Source: Camelus ferus
Taxonomy: Eukaryota
Reading direction: 5' to 3'
Assembly (NCBI RefSeq): GCF_009834535.1
Contig: NC_045707.1
Coordinates: forward strand, 868,001 to 932,000
Length of the DNA: 64,000 bases
Position 1 is the stretch's first letter. The number at the start of each line of letters is the position of its first letter. Below the pieces are notes generated by a model. It ran no database searches. It saw only the letters and a list, made by a program, of their open reading frames with translations, and was not told the origin of the DNA. The position numbers and the translations under genes were made by a program. Below, piece by piece: positions 33,000 through 45,709 of the stretch.

Positions 33000-33670
33000 T
33001 GGCAAGATACTAACTGCATGGATGCCGGAGTCAGACAACCATGTTTAAATCCTGGTGTTGCCGTTTCCTGGCTGTGCTGCCTTGGCTCAGTTACTTGCTA
33101 ACTCTGAGCCTCACTTTCCTCCTACGGTTTGTTAACCAAAATTTCAGAAACGGACACCTGATGGAAGTAAAGAGGTGTTTATTTGAGCTTAGCTAGGACT
33201 GCAGCCCCCCCCCCCCCCAGAATAGATTCAAGAAGCACTTGAATTGTGTTTATTCTGCTTGACTACAAAATAGAGGAAGCTTATCAAGGCATAAACCACA
33301 GTTAGTTTCATATTTATTTGCCAAGAATTATGATGGGACCTAGCAAGAGGTAAGGGCTCTTGTAAGCAAGGATTGGCTGGGGTCTGAAGTGGTTGCCTAT
33401 TTGCAAAGAGAGTTCCTTAAGACCACAAGGTTGCAGCTAGCAGATATTCTGAAAATGGCTGATGGTGCCCTTGGCTATGGTACGGGTCAGAAAGGGCAGG
33501 TTCTCAGTGGTGCAGGGACATGTCTGAGACCAGATCCTCAATGGCTGCCCGCCTGAACTGTGATTAATCCATTACGGTTTCAATCTGTTATCAGGTTACT
33601 GGGAAGAGTTGATATAATGCCTGTCGAGTGCTCAGTGTAATGCCTGCCTCATGGTAGATGGTCAGAAATA
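33000..33670 (+). mobile_element. MIR SINE split by an LTR
   Basis: GGAGTCAGACAACC..TAAATCCTGG..GCTGTGCTGCCTTGGCTCAGTTACTT..CTCTGAGCCTCACTTTCCTC; resumes ATCTGT.. after 33582. Confidence 0.75.
33130..33582 (-). mobile_element. ERV1-like solo LTR (contains C14 at 33205-33218)
   Basis: TG..CA termini (minus strand starts TGAAACCG and ends GGTTAACA); antisense AATAAA (TTTATT) near 33178; interrupts a MIR. No clean TSD seen. Confidence 0.7.
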
Positions 33671-35149
33671 ATCAGGACTGGTCCCTCCCTTCATGAAGTG
33701 TATAGTCAGGTGAGTCACCCCCTAGACACCCTTCTGCCTCCAAAAATTCCAACTTGGAGGCAGGGACCCAGAAAGGACTGATGATTTAAGCCCAGAATCT
33801 GCAACTCAGGTTTTCTTTCTCCTCGGTCTTATCTAGAGAACATGTGTACTGTAGGGTTCCATCTGCTTCTGTAATAAAACATAAATTATTAAAACCATAA
33901 AATATTGATGAACTGTCTTACAAAACAGAGGGACTTTAATGTATCGATTATGAATCGAGAACGCCTTAATGAGCTTCAGGAGGAGAAATAATTGGGAAAT
34001 GATAGTAAGTTGATTTCCTCCTGTGCCGCTGAATGAGAAGCAGTTATGAGACTAAGTTCCCTCTGTCCCATTTTGTGTCACTGTCATCTAGCATTTTTGC
34101 CACGGTAGCTTTAAAACCTACACTTCACAGGCATTAATTCCACCCCATCCCGCAAAGAGAAAGAGAAGGAGGTGGGGAAGCCTTCTTGTCAAAAACAGCA
34201 GCGAAGTATTCTGGTTGGAAACTTACTGGCTTTTGTGTATCTCCCTGGGTGGTTCCCATAGACTGGAAAACTGGCCCAAGAGGGGAAGTACCTTGTCCAG
34301 GATCTCACAGTTCACTGGGGTCAGGACTTGGCCTGGCATCCAGGTCCCCTGAGTCTCGTGCTGGTGATTTTGCTATTTCTGCATCCAAAGGGGGACTTTT
34401 GGATGTCAAGAGCTGTTCAAATGTGGAGCAGGCTTTGGGGGGTTAGTCTTGGCGGATAGTGAGACCTCCATCACTGGCAGTATGGAAGAGAGGCTGGGTA
34501 ACCTCTGGACCTCAAGGAAGGGGATCTGAAATTCTGTGGAGTGATGTGGTTGCTGCCTCAGTCATCCACACTGGCCTGCTGATCTTCAAAAATCTCCCAG
34601 GTTAAGTCTCAGGCTGGCAGCTTTAGATCCAGCTGCATCTTGGTGATTCTGAGGCATGTTAAGGAAGGGGAGGAGTCTGCTGTCACTTACTGCTCAAGCA
34701 GTATAGATGTTATATGAGACCGGAAAGATGAGTGTCAGTACCGAGGAGGGACCAAGGCTCAGGGAAGTCAGTGGAATTACCCAGGATCACGCAGCCCATC
34801 GGTGGCAAAATCCAGGGCTAGTGCCATTGTCTTTGGAGAACTGGCCTACCGTTCCTGTGTAAATACCACGCTGCCTTTTCGTTATGTGTGGGGTTGAGAC
34901 TTATTCACATGGTACGATCAGAAAGTAAGGTCGCATCTGCGATTGGATTTTCACTGTGCCCTCTGAACATTTTCAGAGAAGGGCTGAGTGAGGCTCTCTT
35001 GACACCAGAGCCCACTGTGAGGGTAATCATGATGTGTGCACAGTGAGACCAGCTGAGGTGAGGGGTTGGTTGCTACCTCATTTTACCTCCACTTATGTTA
35101 GGTCTGATTCTTGCCAGGAAATTCAGTAGGAAGGATGCTAAAATACTAG

Positions 35150-35340
35150 CAGCAAATATTTATTGAGCACTTTCTTTGTGCCAGGCAACTATGCCAAGTG
35201 TTTAATACCATTCGCTCATTTTTTCACAGCCATCTTTGAAGCAGCAACTGTAATCAGCCCATTTTACAGATGAAGGCACTGAGGTACCGAGTTAGTGAAG
35301 CCAGGATTTGAGCCCAGTGAGATGGACTCTAGAGTCTATA
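35150..35340 (-). mobile_element. MIR SINE
   Basis: ATATTTATTGAGCACTTTCTTTGTGCCAGGCA..CCCATTTTACAGATGAAGGCACTGAGG..GCCAGGATTTGAGCCCAG. Confidence 0.85.
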
Positions 35341-35343
35341 CTC

Positions 35344-35761
35344 TTTTTTTTTAAACTGAGATATAATTGACATGTAATATTGTGTAAGTTTAAGAGGTAC
35401 ATTGTATGGATTTGATGCATTTATATTGCAACATGATTGTCATTGTAGAGTTAGTTAACGCCTCCATCACATCACATAATTATTCTTTCTTCCAGCAGTG
35501 GGAACAATTAAGATCTATTCTCTTAGCAAATCTAATGTTTATAATACAGATTTGTTGTCTCTAATCACTGTGCTGTGCAATAGGTCTCAGGCTGTTAATT
35601 ATCACTAGTTGCAAATATGCACCTTAAACAACATCTTTCCTATTTCCCCAGCCCACAGCTCCTGGTAACCACCATTTCACTGTCTGTTTTTGTGAGTTTG
35701 TTCTTTTTAGAGTCCAGGTAAAAGGGCTATGATACAGTATTTGTCTTTCTCGATCTGATTT
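35344..35761 (-). mobile_element. L1 3' UTR, L1MA9/10-like, running into a gap
   Basis: Poly-T, GAGATATAATTGACATGTAA..CTCCATCACATCACATAATTA..ATTAAGATCTATTCTCTTAGCAA..CTGGTAACCACCATT..TTTGTCTTTCT. Confidence 0.85.
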
Positions 35762-36126
35762 NNNNNNNNNNNNNNNNNNNNNNNNNNNNNNNNNNNNNNN
35801 NNNNNNNNNNNNNNNNNNNNNNNNNNNNNNNNNNNNNNNNNNNNNNNNNNNNNNNNNNNNNNNNNNNNNNNNNNNNNNNNNNNNNNNNNNNNNNNNNNNN
35901 NNNNNNNNNNNCATATCTTTGCTACTGAGAATAATNNNNNNNNNNNNNNNNNNNNNNNNNNNNNNNNNNNNNNNNNNNNNNNNNNNNNNNNNNNNNNNNN
36001 NNNNNNNNNNNNNNNNNNNNNNNNNNNNNNNNNNNNNNNNNNNNNNNNNNNNNNNNNNNNNNNNNNNNNNNNNNNNNNNNNNNNNNNNNNNNNNNNNNNN
36101 NNNNNNNNNNNNNNNNNNNNNNNNNN
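35762..36126. other. Two assembly gaps (35762-35911, 150 N; 35936-36126, 191 N)
   Basis: Runs of N separated by a 24-bp island. Confidence 0.99.
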
Positions 36127-36459
36127 TTTAGGGAGCCTAGACTCTTAAGTGGACATTAATTACAGGCACCTGTCTTCTTGTTTTGAATCACACTGCTTCA
36201 CTTCCTACACTTGACCTCTTGTTTCCTTTTGAAGCTACTACTTCTCTTGGTCTCAACTCTGACCACTTCTTCTTGGCCTCTTTCACTGACCCTCTTCTTG
36301 GCTGCCAGCCCCTTGTGGTTCTCAGCATTCCCCCACGGGCCCTGGTTCTTCCCACCAGACGTGTTCTCCTTGGGTAATCTCAGCTGATCGTGTGGCTTTT
36401 ACATGCATGGCTGTTTGCTGTTGCATTCTGACTCCCAAACTGTCCTGCCAGCCCTGAAC

Positions 36460-38840
36460 TTTTCCTTGTATCAGGATAATGCTTGTCGCATAAAATGAGT
36501 TGAGAAGTGTTTCCTCTACTTATATTTGCTTTAAAAGACTACATGGAATTTGTGTTATTTAGTCCTTAAATTTTGGGGAGAATTTGTAGAGGTGCTGTTT
36601 TGGGTAGGGAGATTTCCTTTTTGATAAGTTTAACTCTGAATTCAATTTATTTAACTGCTTTAAGTCTGTTCAGGTTATTTATTTCACCTTGGATGAATTT
36701 GAGAAGTTTGTGACTTTTCAAGGAATGGGTCCATTTCTTTCAATTTGTCAAGTTCATGGTGTCAAATTGTTCATAACATTCTTTTTTATCCTTTTACTAT
36801 CTAGAGGGCCTGCAGGGATATTTTATTTTTTATTTCTGATATTGGTAGTTTGTGTCTTTTATAGTCAGTCTCATTAGAAGTTTATCAATTTTTTTTCATC
36901 TTTTCAAAACACAGTTTTTTGGTTTCATTGATTTTCTCTTTCCATTTTATTGATTTGCTCTTTACTGTTTTCTTTCTTCTGCTTAATTTGGGTTTATCTT
37001 GCTCTTGTTTTCCCCCCCTAGTTTCTTAAGGTAGAAACTTAGATTATTGACTTAAGACTTTTCTTCTTTGCTAACACAGGTATTTCACACTATAAATTTT
37101 CCTTTACGCACTGCGTTAGCTGCAGCTGACAGATTTAGTATGTTATATTTTTGTATGGCTTAATGTATGTTTTCCTTGAGACTTCCTCTTTGGCCCATTG
37201 ATTAATTAGAAATCTGTTGTTAGTAAAGGACTGTATTGGGGTTTTCCAGACTTTCTATTATTGTATAATTCAGAACATATCCTGTATAATTTCAATTCTT
37301 TTAAGATTATTTAGGTTTGTCTTGTGGCTTAGAATATTGCCCATGTTGGTAATTAGTCCATGTGCACATGAAGAAAATAATCTAATTAATCTTTTTCTCT
37401 CTATTCTTCAAATTGGATAATTTCTATTAATATACCTTCAAGGTCACTAAATTATTTCCTCTGTCATCTCCAATCTGCAATTTATTCCAATGAGTTTTTT
37501 TTAAATTTCACTTTTTCTATTTATCAATTTCCATTTGATTCTTTGATATATCTTTTATTTTTTAGTAAGACTTTCCATTTTTCCATTTGTTTCCAGATTG
37601 TTGACGATTGCTTATTCGAGCATTTGTACAATGATTGTTTTAAAGCCTTTGTCAGATAAATCCAGTATCTGTGGCCTCTTTTAACTGTTTTTCCCCCAAA
37701 GAAGCTCAAATCTTTCTGGTTATTGGTATGCTGAGTAATTTTGGATTAGATCCTGAACATTTTGAGTGGTCTGTTCTGCAACTCTGGTCCCTGTAGAACA
37801 TTTTTGTCCCAGCAGGAAACCAGTCTGGCTAGATTCAGGTGGAAAGTTCCAACCCCCCTTCTGTGGTCTCTGATTCTAATATCAATTGTTTCTAAATCTC
37901 CATAATGTTATTTAGATCCACCTGTGTCTGCAGCCCCAAAGTGGTCAGTCTCAGTATGTACGCAGTGGTGTATCTGTTGGTCCGGTTCTCAGTGTCAGGT
38001 ATGCTGGTTAGGATGAGACCCAGGCACGTACACCTTGGGTGTGAGCACAGGAATTCATAAACCACTATTTGCAGTCACTTTCCTGAGCTCCTCTGTCTCC
38101 CTTATGCTAACTGCAGTTTTCAGTTGCCTGGGGTCCCCTTTTCTCTCTTTTGGCTAGAAAGTGGGGCTGTAGTTACTTTGCTGCACCGAGCACTTAGCTG
38201 TGCCTGTATCCAGGGCCAAGCTTCAGGAAGACAGAGAAGGAGAGACTAATATAAGATGCTAACAATAGGAGAAGCTGCATATGGGGCAAATGGGAATTCT
38301 CTGTGCTACTTTCACAACTTTCCTGTAAACCTAAAACTATTTAAAAATAAAAACACATTTAAAAAATCAGTCAATATTTGCACGCCTTTCTCGGGATCGC
38401 AATTGCCCAGATCAAAGAGCCAGATCCCCCTACTCAGAGTTTTGGCCCCCGTGGACTCCCACAGGGGACTCTGCCACTGGCATCACGGTACGCGTGGGAT
38501 CTGGGGATGTGAGAAGAGAGAGGAGGAGAAAGCGAGTGTTCCCGTATTGCCCTTGTGTAGCTAGCAGCTGGCGTCCCTGAGCCTGGAGCCTCAACCAGAA
38601 GCTGCTTCCGGGGCTCTCTCTGTTCCTGCTGACGCTCACTTCCTGGCTTCAGGCTGCACTGCATTCAGGTTTCGGGACCCTGGGGGAAACGCGATGGCAA
38701 ACTCACCTCCTGTTTGGTGGTTCAGATTCTCATCTTCCCTCCTCTGCCTGCTGCAGCTTACTTCTCAGAGTCCTTAAATAGCTCCTCCATGCTTTCTGCA
38801 TGCAGTGAAAGAGGGTGGAGTCTGTTTCTCCACTTGTCTC
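36460..38840 (-). mobile_element. Old L1 (L1MD/L1ME-like): ORF2 piece, ORF1 piece and 5' region
   Basis: T-rich antisense ORF2 (CATAAAATGAGTTGAGAAGTGTTTCCTCT..TTTCTTAAGGTAGAAACTTAGATTATTGA), ORF1-like 37400-37750, and 5'-end-like AAACTCACC..GAGTCCTTAAATAGCTCCTCCATGC. Confidence 0.75.
38240..38367 (+). mobile_element. L1MB/L1MC 3' terminus nested in the older L1
   Basis: ATGCTAACAATAGGAGAAGCTG..GGGAATTCTCTGTGCTACTTTCACAACTTTCCTGTAAACCTAAAACTATT..AAAAATAAAA. Confidence 0.8.
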
Positions 38841-38844
38841 TTTT

Positions 38845-39720
38845 AATTTTACCTCTTTTTAAACTTTTTTATTATGAAATATAGTATACATAAAAAAGCA
38901 TAAGAGCTATATATATTTAACTATATAATAGTCAATTTATAATTTAATATATATATTATAAATATACTAAATATAGTATAAGTATATGTAATATTCAATT
39001 ATTTATACTCATATATATAAAATATATGTACTTATGTATATATAGTCAAATGAGTATACATTGACACCTATGAAACAACCTCCCAGGTTAAGAAATACAT
39101 CCTTACTGAGATCCCAAAAGCACCCCTGATGAATCATTCCCTTCCCTGCTAGAAGTGACCATTAACTCCTGGTGCTCTGGCAGCCATTTCCATACTTACC
39201 TTTTCTTTACCATCTGTACCATAGTATGGTTTGGTGATGCCTTTTTTTGAACTTTATGTAAATCAAATGTTCTCTTTTCTGCCTGACTTCTTTTTTCCGA
39301 CAGTGTGAGCCTCGCCCATGTCGCTGTGCTTAGCTATCGTTAATTAATTCTCGTTTCTGTGCCTTTGTGGGAACATACAGCGATACGTTATCCATTCAAA
39401 CGCTCATGAGCATTTGGGTTGTTCCTGGTTTGGCTGTTGTAACGAACAACGCCTGGTAAAGGTTTTAGACACTTCTCGGGAGCACACGAGTTCTCCGGGA
39501 TACGTACCCACGAGTAGGGTGGCCAGGTCATAGGGTGTATCGTCAGCTTTAATATTAACAGCAAATTGTTTTTTCGAGTGTTGTTCCAATTTACGCTCTT
39601 GCCAGCAGTATGTGGGAATCTCTGTGGCTCCAGGGGGCTGTCCTTAGCCACGTTTTTTCCTGTCATGCGTGGCACAAATGATGTTCCGTATACATTTGTT
39701 AAGCCATTGAACTGACAGCT
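38845..39720 (-). mobile_element. L1ME-like 3' UTR
   Basis: TTTATTATGAAATATAGTATACA..TGAAACAACCTCCCAGGTTAAGAAAT..TTGAACTTTATGTAAAT..TTATCCATTC..GCATTTGGGTTGTT. Confidence 0.75.
38905..39045. repeat. AT-rich low-complexity (TA)-type tract
   Basis: Almost only A/T, with TATATA-type runs. Confidence 0.9.
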
Positions 39721-40519
39721 GGCTATGACTGTGTTCTGTGTGACTGAGATGAAATCCTTTTGTTCAAATTTTGAAAAGCCTTGGGTTACGCTCCACTTTC
39801 ATTAGAAAGGAATTGAGGACATGTCACAACAATTATCTCCAGTGGAAAATGTGCTAAGGAAGGCTAAGGATGATTTGTGAAGGGGACCAGAGACACTTAG
39901 TCCTTTGAAGATGAAAATGGCCTATCAAAGGCCATCATCCCCTTATGTTAGAGTGTTAGGGTTGGTGGGAAGCTGTGGGCTGGGGGATGGAAGTCACACA
40001 AAAGAGAGATTATTTCAAGAACCACAGGACAGGAAAGAAAAGAATGAGGAAATTCCACGGTTGGGGACTAGCGTCTGAGTCATTTGTTGTTATGTGTCAA
40101 GAATCACAATTCACTCCATCAATGTATTCAAGACTAGCTGGGAAGAATTCGAACCATGCAGCGTTAAACAGAGGACACCACCTGGTTTCCGGACTCCAAT
40201 TTTCAGTCCTGACTTCCTCCTTGAAACTGTTTTAAACTGGGAAACTTGAGAAACCTTTGAAGCTCAGGAGACAGACAGACAGTTTAATACGTAGTGATGA
40301 ACTCAAGATCTTATAAGGATGAATTAAAAAATTCAGAAAACCCTTCTGAATCTGGTACAGATGAAACATTGCTATGAGAAATAAGGATATTCTAAATTAA
40401 GTGAGAATTACTGTACAAACCCCCTGAAGAGATCAGTTTTTGAATAACAAAGTCAAATAAATTCAATGTGACAACTGGACAAAATAATGAGAGTTAAACT
40501 TTTTTTTATTACATTGATT

Positions 40520-40710
40520 TCATGTGCCACCCTCTGTCTGGGTGCTTTATATGATTTTCTCAATTAATCCTCCCCCAAACTTTATGAGGTAGAAAATATT
40601 ATCTTCATTTTTCAAATTGGGAAACTGAGGCACAGAGAGGTTAAGTGACTTGCTGAAAATCACACAGTCACAGTTGCAGGTGGGAACCAAATAGATAAAG
40701 TGACCCTTGA
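40520..40710 (-). mobile_element. MIR SINE
   Basis: TTAATCCTCCCCCAAACTTTATGAGGTAG..GGGAAACTGAGGCACAGAGAGGTTAAGTGACTTGC. Confidence 0.85.
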
Positions 40711-40739
40711 GCCTACCCTCTGGTTTTGTTGAGGTTGTT

Positions 40740-42050
40740 CTTGTTTGTTTTTAATTTATATATGGTGAAACTCATTTTATTTTGATGTACAGTTTTACGA
40801 GTTTTAATACATGCATAGATTTGTGTAACCAGCTTCATAGCCATGGCACAGAACTGCCTCATGATTCTGAAAGTCTCCCTCATGCTGCTCCTTTGTGGTC
40901 TCACCCTCCCCCACCACTAGACTTTGGCAATTACTATAGTTTGGTCTTTTCCAAAGTGTCACGTAGTATACTGTATACAGTTTTTTGAACTTGGCTTCCT
41001 TCACTCAGCATAATGCCTTTGACATTCGTCCACATTGTCTTGACTATCAATGCTTTGTTTCTTGTACTGATGAGCAGTGGTCTGTTTTCCGGATGTACCA
41101 TAGTTTGTTTACCCATTCGCCTACTGAGGGACACAGTGGTTCTGTACAGTTTTTTGGAGTGATTTTGCATAGAGCTGCTGTCAACCTTCACCTACAGGTT
41201 TTTGAGTGAATGTGTCTTTTTTCCTTTACGGTAAATATAAGGAGTGTGATTTCTTGGCCACACAGTGAGTGTGTGTTTACAACTTTATAAGAAACAGCCG
41301 AAATACTTTCCTAGATCATTTTACTTTCCCAACAGCCAAGGACAAAAGCCTCAGGTGCTCTCTGCCCTTTCCAGCACGTGGAAATGGCAACATTTTTTAA
41401 AATTTTATTTTAGCCATTATAATAGATGCGTAGGGATACCTCATGATTTCAGTTTGCATTTTCCTGATGACTTACGATGTTGAACATCTTTTTGTGTTCT
41501 TATCTGCCATCCAGATATCTTCTTCAGTGAAGTCTGTTCAAATCTTTTGTCCATTAAAAAAAAAAAGATTATTTGTTTTCTTATGGCTGAGTTTTTTACT
41601 TTCTTTATATATTCTAAACAAAAGTTCTCTGTTGTTATTGGATGTATGATTCACAAATATTTTCTTTCATTCTCTGGCTTATCCTTTCACTCTTTCAACA
41701 TTGCTTTCTGCAAAGTGGAAGTTTTGAAATGAAGAATAATTTGTAAATTTTTTATTTTGTGGATCATACTTTTGCTATCATGTCTAAGAACTTTTTGCCT
41801 AATCAAAGATCATGATGTTTTTGCTGAAGTTTTCTTCTAAGAGTTTTATATGATTATGTTTTCTATGTATATCTCTTACCTATTTTGAGTTAAGTTTTGT
41901 ATAAGGTGCAAGATATAGAGAGACGGTTCATTTTCTTGCATCTGGATACCCAATTGTTCCAGTACCATTTGCTAAAAAGATTATCATTTGAATTGCCTTT
42001 GCAATTTGGTCAAAAATCAATTAGGCCATATTTGTGTGGGTCAATTTCTT
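40740..42050 (-). mobile_element. Old L1 (L1MC/MD-like) 3' UTR and ORF2 end
   Basis: GTACAGTTTTACGAGTTTTAATACATGCATAGATTTGTGTAACCA..TTCAGTTTGCATTTTCCTGATGACTTACGATGTTGAACATCTTTT..CAATTGTTCCAGTACCATTTGCTAAAAAGA. Confidence 0.85.
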
Positions 42051-42149
42051 GACTCCCTACTTTCAGAGTTAGAGAAAAATTTTTTCAAAGGGCTAAATAG
42101 TAAATATTTTAGGCTGTGGGTCATGTGGTCTCTTTTGTGTAAAAGTAGT

Positions 42150-42682
42150 TGAGGGGGAGGAAAAATAGTTTTTCCTTACCCTTCTAGGTTCTTGGCTGAG
42201 ACCCTCCTGTAACAGAAGACAAATTAACAGGAGAAAGACAAAAGTTTAATAACATGTACACCTCCTGTCCTGTCTATGTGGGAGACCCAGGAAAACTAAC
42301 TAACTTTCCAAAATGACTCAAGCCACCACCTTAAATAACATCTCCCTCCAAAGACAAAAGATGATTTGGGGTGAGGAGTGGGCAGTTATGGGGAGTTAGT
42401 AGAATAATAAACTTGGGAAAGGCTGTTATACAGATTTAAGTCATGCCTTCTTCATTGATAAGGATTTCTAGAGATTTAGAGTCATTTTTCTCTTTCAGGT
42501 ACAGAGGAGTCACCTTACAAATGGAGATTTCCCTATAAATGTAAATGTCTCTTACAAAAGGATAATTCTCTGATTTTTCACAGCTTCTCATATGTCTGAA
42601 GTTTCATAAAAAATAGTCAACTCAAAATAATCCCTATGCTAAAGAGCCATATTTTGGGGTCACAAATTCTGCCCCCCCTTTC
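42150..42682 (-). mobile_element. ERV1 solo LTR, MER34/MER39-like, inserted after a MER58 fragment
   Basis: AAGACAAATTAACAGGAGAAAGAC..AAGTTTAATAAC..CTCAAAATAATCCCTATGCTAAAGAGCCATATTTTGGGGT; a MER58-like AAAGGGCTAAATAGTAAATATTTTAGGC lies just upstream (42085-42135). Confidence 0.7.
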
Positions 42683-42875
42683 TTAGATGATAAGTTATTG
42701 TAGTAGGTGAAGTGTGTTGGCCATGGGAGTTGAGGAAGAGAAGAGAGTTGAAGGTGACCTGCAGATTTCTACTTTGAGATCTGAAGTCATTTGAACTTTC
42801 AGTTGGTAGAATTCTGGGTAAGTGTAGTTAACTGTATTAGACACATCTTGTATCCTGCACTGTGATTCCATAGAC

Positions 42876-43040
42876 CAGCGGTTCTCAAACTTGCATGTGC
42901 ATTCGAGTCACTTGGAGGACTCGATAAAACTCGGCTTGCTAAGCCTTCTCCCAGCGTCTCTGGCTCAGTAGGCCTGGGGTGGGGCGTGAGAATTTGTTTT
43001 TACTGTAGCTTCTTAGGGGATGCTGATTTTGCTGGTTCTT
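42876..43040 (+). mobile_element. MER5A hAT-Charlie element
   Basis: CAGCGGTTCTCAAACTT..GAGTCACTTGGAGG..CAGTAGGCCTGGGGTGGGGCGTGAGAATTTG..GGATGCTGAT. Confidence 0.8.
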
Positions 43041-43839
43041 CTTTTGTCCTAGCCATTACTGAAGCCATCTTCTCTGCCCAGATGAATGTACTTGTATTGT
43101 TTTCTGCCCTGGTGCATCTCTGGTTTTTCAGTAGAGGATGCTTGTGGGGAGCCTGCCTGGCACTCAAACACATGCTATTTAGAAGTGCAAGACAATTAAC
43201 ACCTCTTGGTGAACCTCTGAACCATAGAGGATCAGAGCTGGTAGATAAATGTTGGTATATAATTCTGAGGTGCATTCTAGAGGGTTCCTCTGAATGTACC
43301 AAGGGAACTGCATCCCAGGTGTCCAACTTGATATTAGGCATCATGCCCTCAGATGGGTTTCCCCTCCTTCCACGACTCACTACTCAGTCTCCTGTCCCCA
43401 GGCTCACTTTCCAGAACAAGGGCCTGCACGTAAGCCCTTGACCCAGGTTCTGCTTTCAAGGAGGACCTTGGTCTAGGACGTTTAGACCAAGGGTTGTCCA
43501 CGTCTTCCTCTGTCTCATCATTAAATGGCCCAGTGGATGTTTAGCTGGCATGAGAAACAGTCCCGTGGACTCCATGGTCAGGAACTATGCATTACTCATT
43601 TTTGTACCCACAGCACACATGCTAGTGACTGGCACATGTGGGTGTTCAGAAAATTATGAATAAATAAATCAGTGGAAAGTATTTTTATACTCATTAAATG
43701 AAAGTGGGTGGAGGGGATTGGAGCACAAGGAAATAGCAGGTAGGAGACAGGAGGCTGGCTCTCGCACAATGATTGGAGCGCACGGCGAGACTCTAGTAAC
43801 AGACGGCTAATGAAGGGCTTGGGGGATGGAGATCCCTGT

Positions 43840-44030
43840 TGGGAATCCAAACTCCACATTTCCTGGCTGTGTGACGAGAAGCAGCTTTCCCTTTGAACTC
43901 CAATTCCCTCATCTATAAAATGCTAGAATAGTGACACCTACCCCACTGAATTTCATAAAGACCAAAGTGTGACAATGTGCACTGAACACCCAGCACTTGT
44001 TCTGGCCTACTGTGGATGTTTGAAAAATGT
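43840..44030 (+). mobile_element. MIR SINE
   Basis: TCCTGGCTGTGTGAC..CAATTCCCTCATCTATAAAATG. Confidence 0.7.
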
Positions 44031-44179
44031 TGATTCCCTCTGTTGTCAGCCTCCTACCCATCAGAGGTGCAGGGGTAGGTGGCTGGAATGCAGGACCTCT
44101 AAGATGCTCTCCACTTCTAAGACTTCAGGAGAATGTGGCTGTAGCCTGATGCAAGTTACTAACATTAATGATAAAAATA

Positions 44180-44430
44180 CAAATGTATATTAATAGCAGC
44201 TAATGTTAATATAGTGCTTGCTCTGGGCCAGGTACTGTTCCAAAAGTTTTTATATGTTGGTTCATTTGATTCTCTATGAGGTAGATTCCATTATATTGCT
44301 GGCTTTACAAAATGATGAAACCAAGGCACAGAGAGGGTAAGTAACTTGATCAAAATCACACAGCTAAGTAGTAAGTTGAGCTGGGATTTGAACCAAGGCC
44401 ATCTTGCTTTTAACCAATGTACCATATTTC
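44180..44430 (-). mobile_element. MIR SINE
   Basis: ATAGCAGCTAATGTT..GGCCAGGTACTGTTC..GAAACCAAGGCACAGAGAGGGTAAGTAACTTGATCAAAATCACACAGCT..GGGATTTGAACC. Confidence 0.85.
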
Positions 44431-45709
44431 TGGGATCGGAAATAGTCTGTGCTAGCCCGACCACGGATTCCCTGAGTCTTGACTGCTGGGGCTCTCAGCC
44501 CTCGGACTAGTATGGTACATTACAGGTGTTAACTGCTTGCGCTGCAATTTCCCATGTATCATTTATTAAGTGTTTCAAGTGGAGAAGAGGGGGAGTGTTG
44601 CAATGATCTCCAGAGCTGGTGTGTTCACTCCAATCTACCCTATTTCATGCTATTAAACACCTCATGTGTAATGAGCCAGGGACTGAGATATGTCCAGGTG
44701 AGAAAGACACAGCCTCTGTCTGCAGGTCGCTGCCTCCACCCTTATGGAGGATGGACGGGTAGAACACACGAACGGAGAGATGCCGTGTATGGTTCATGGT
44801 GTGGGAGGAGGGAAAAGGAGAGATGATCCGCTGTGCCTGGGAGGTCTGGGGTAGGTCCCCAGAGGAGGCCACCACCAGGCTGCCATCTTCCATGTCACCT
44901 TTCTTTTTCGGCTCTCTGTCATTGAAATTGTCTTCTGAGCCCCTTCCCCTTGTCCCAGAGGAGAACAGCTTAAAAGAAAAAAAGATTACAGCTAGAAGAT
45001 GTCAATATGTAAGAGGATAGAGTGAGAATTATTGGTGTTTGCACAAAGCATTTGCCTACTGTCCATTCCTGGCTGTTTATTTGAAAAGTTGCCCTGAAGA
45101 ATGTCAGGGCCTATTAGGATCGGGACGGAGTAAGATTGAGATGCTCAGGCATGGCTTGTCTCCTCTCGTATTATTTGTGTGCATGGGACATGCAGAAATC
45201 CAATGAAAAGTCTTTTGTTTTAAATTGGTCTGTTTGATGTGCCTGAAATTGACGGATTGTGCTGCTGGCTTAATGCAGACAAAAGCCTCGGTCTCTACCC
45301 TGCGCTTCACTCACATAACCTAGTGTCATTGTTTCCTTTCAGTGGGAGGCAAGAGACAGATACAAGAGGGAGAGGATGACTGAACCCTGTTGGGGGGGAT
45401 CTCCCCTCTACTCCCACCCAATTTCTTGATTGGACTTTCCCCAGCCCCACCCCGTTTACCCCTCCCACCTCCAGAGTGGTGGCGTGAATTGTCCGGTTGG
45501 TGACCCCCATTTCTGCATTTCTGTTCGGACTAAGGTAGCAAAGGGGACTAATACGATCCTGTTCTCCTCCCTCCTCCCACACAGCCCGTAGAGGTGGTGG
45601 CCAGGGTGAATGTCTCTGCTCTGCAGATGCCAACTTCGTATGGATGGGCTGGTCCTAGTTCAAGATTGAGAGCCTGGAAGGTAGTCGATCCATTTAGCAA
45701 TCCTATCTA

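Noticed and set aside
40293-40350. C/D-box snoRNA (GTGATGA..CTGA)
   Set aside because: Only about 55 nt between the boxes, no terminal stem, and no recognisable rRNA/snRNA guide.
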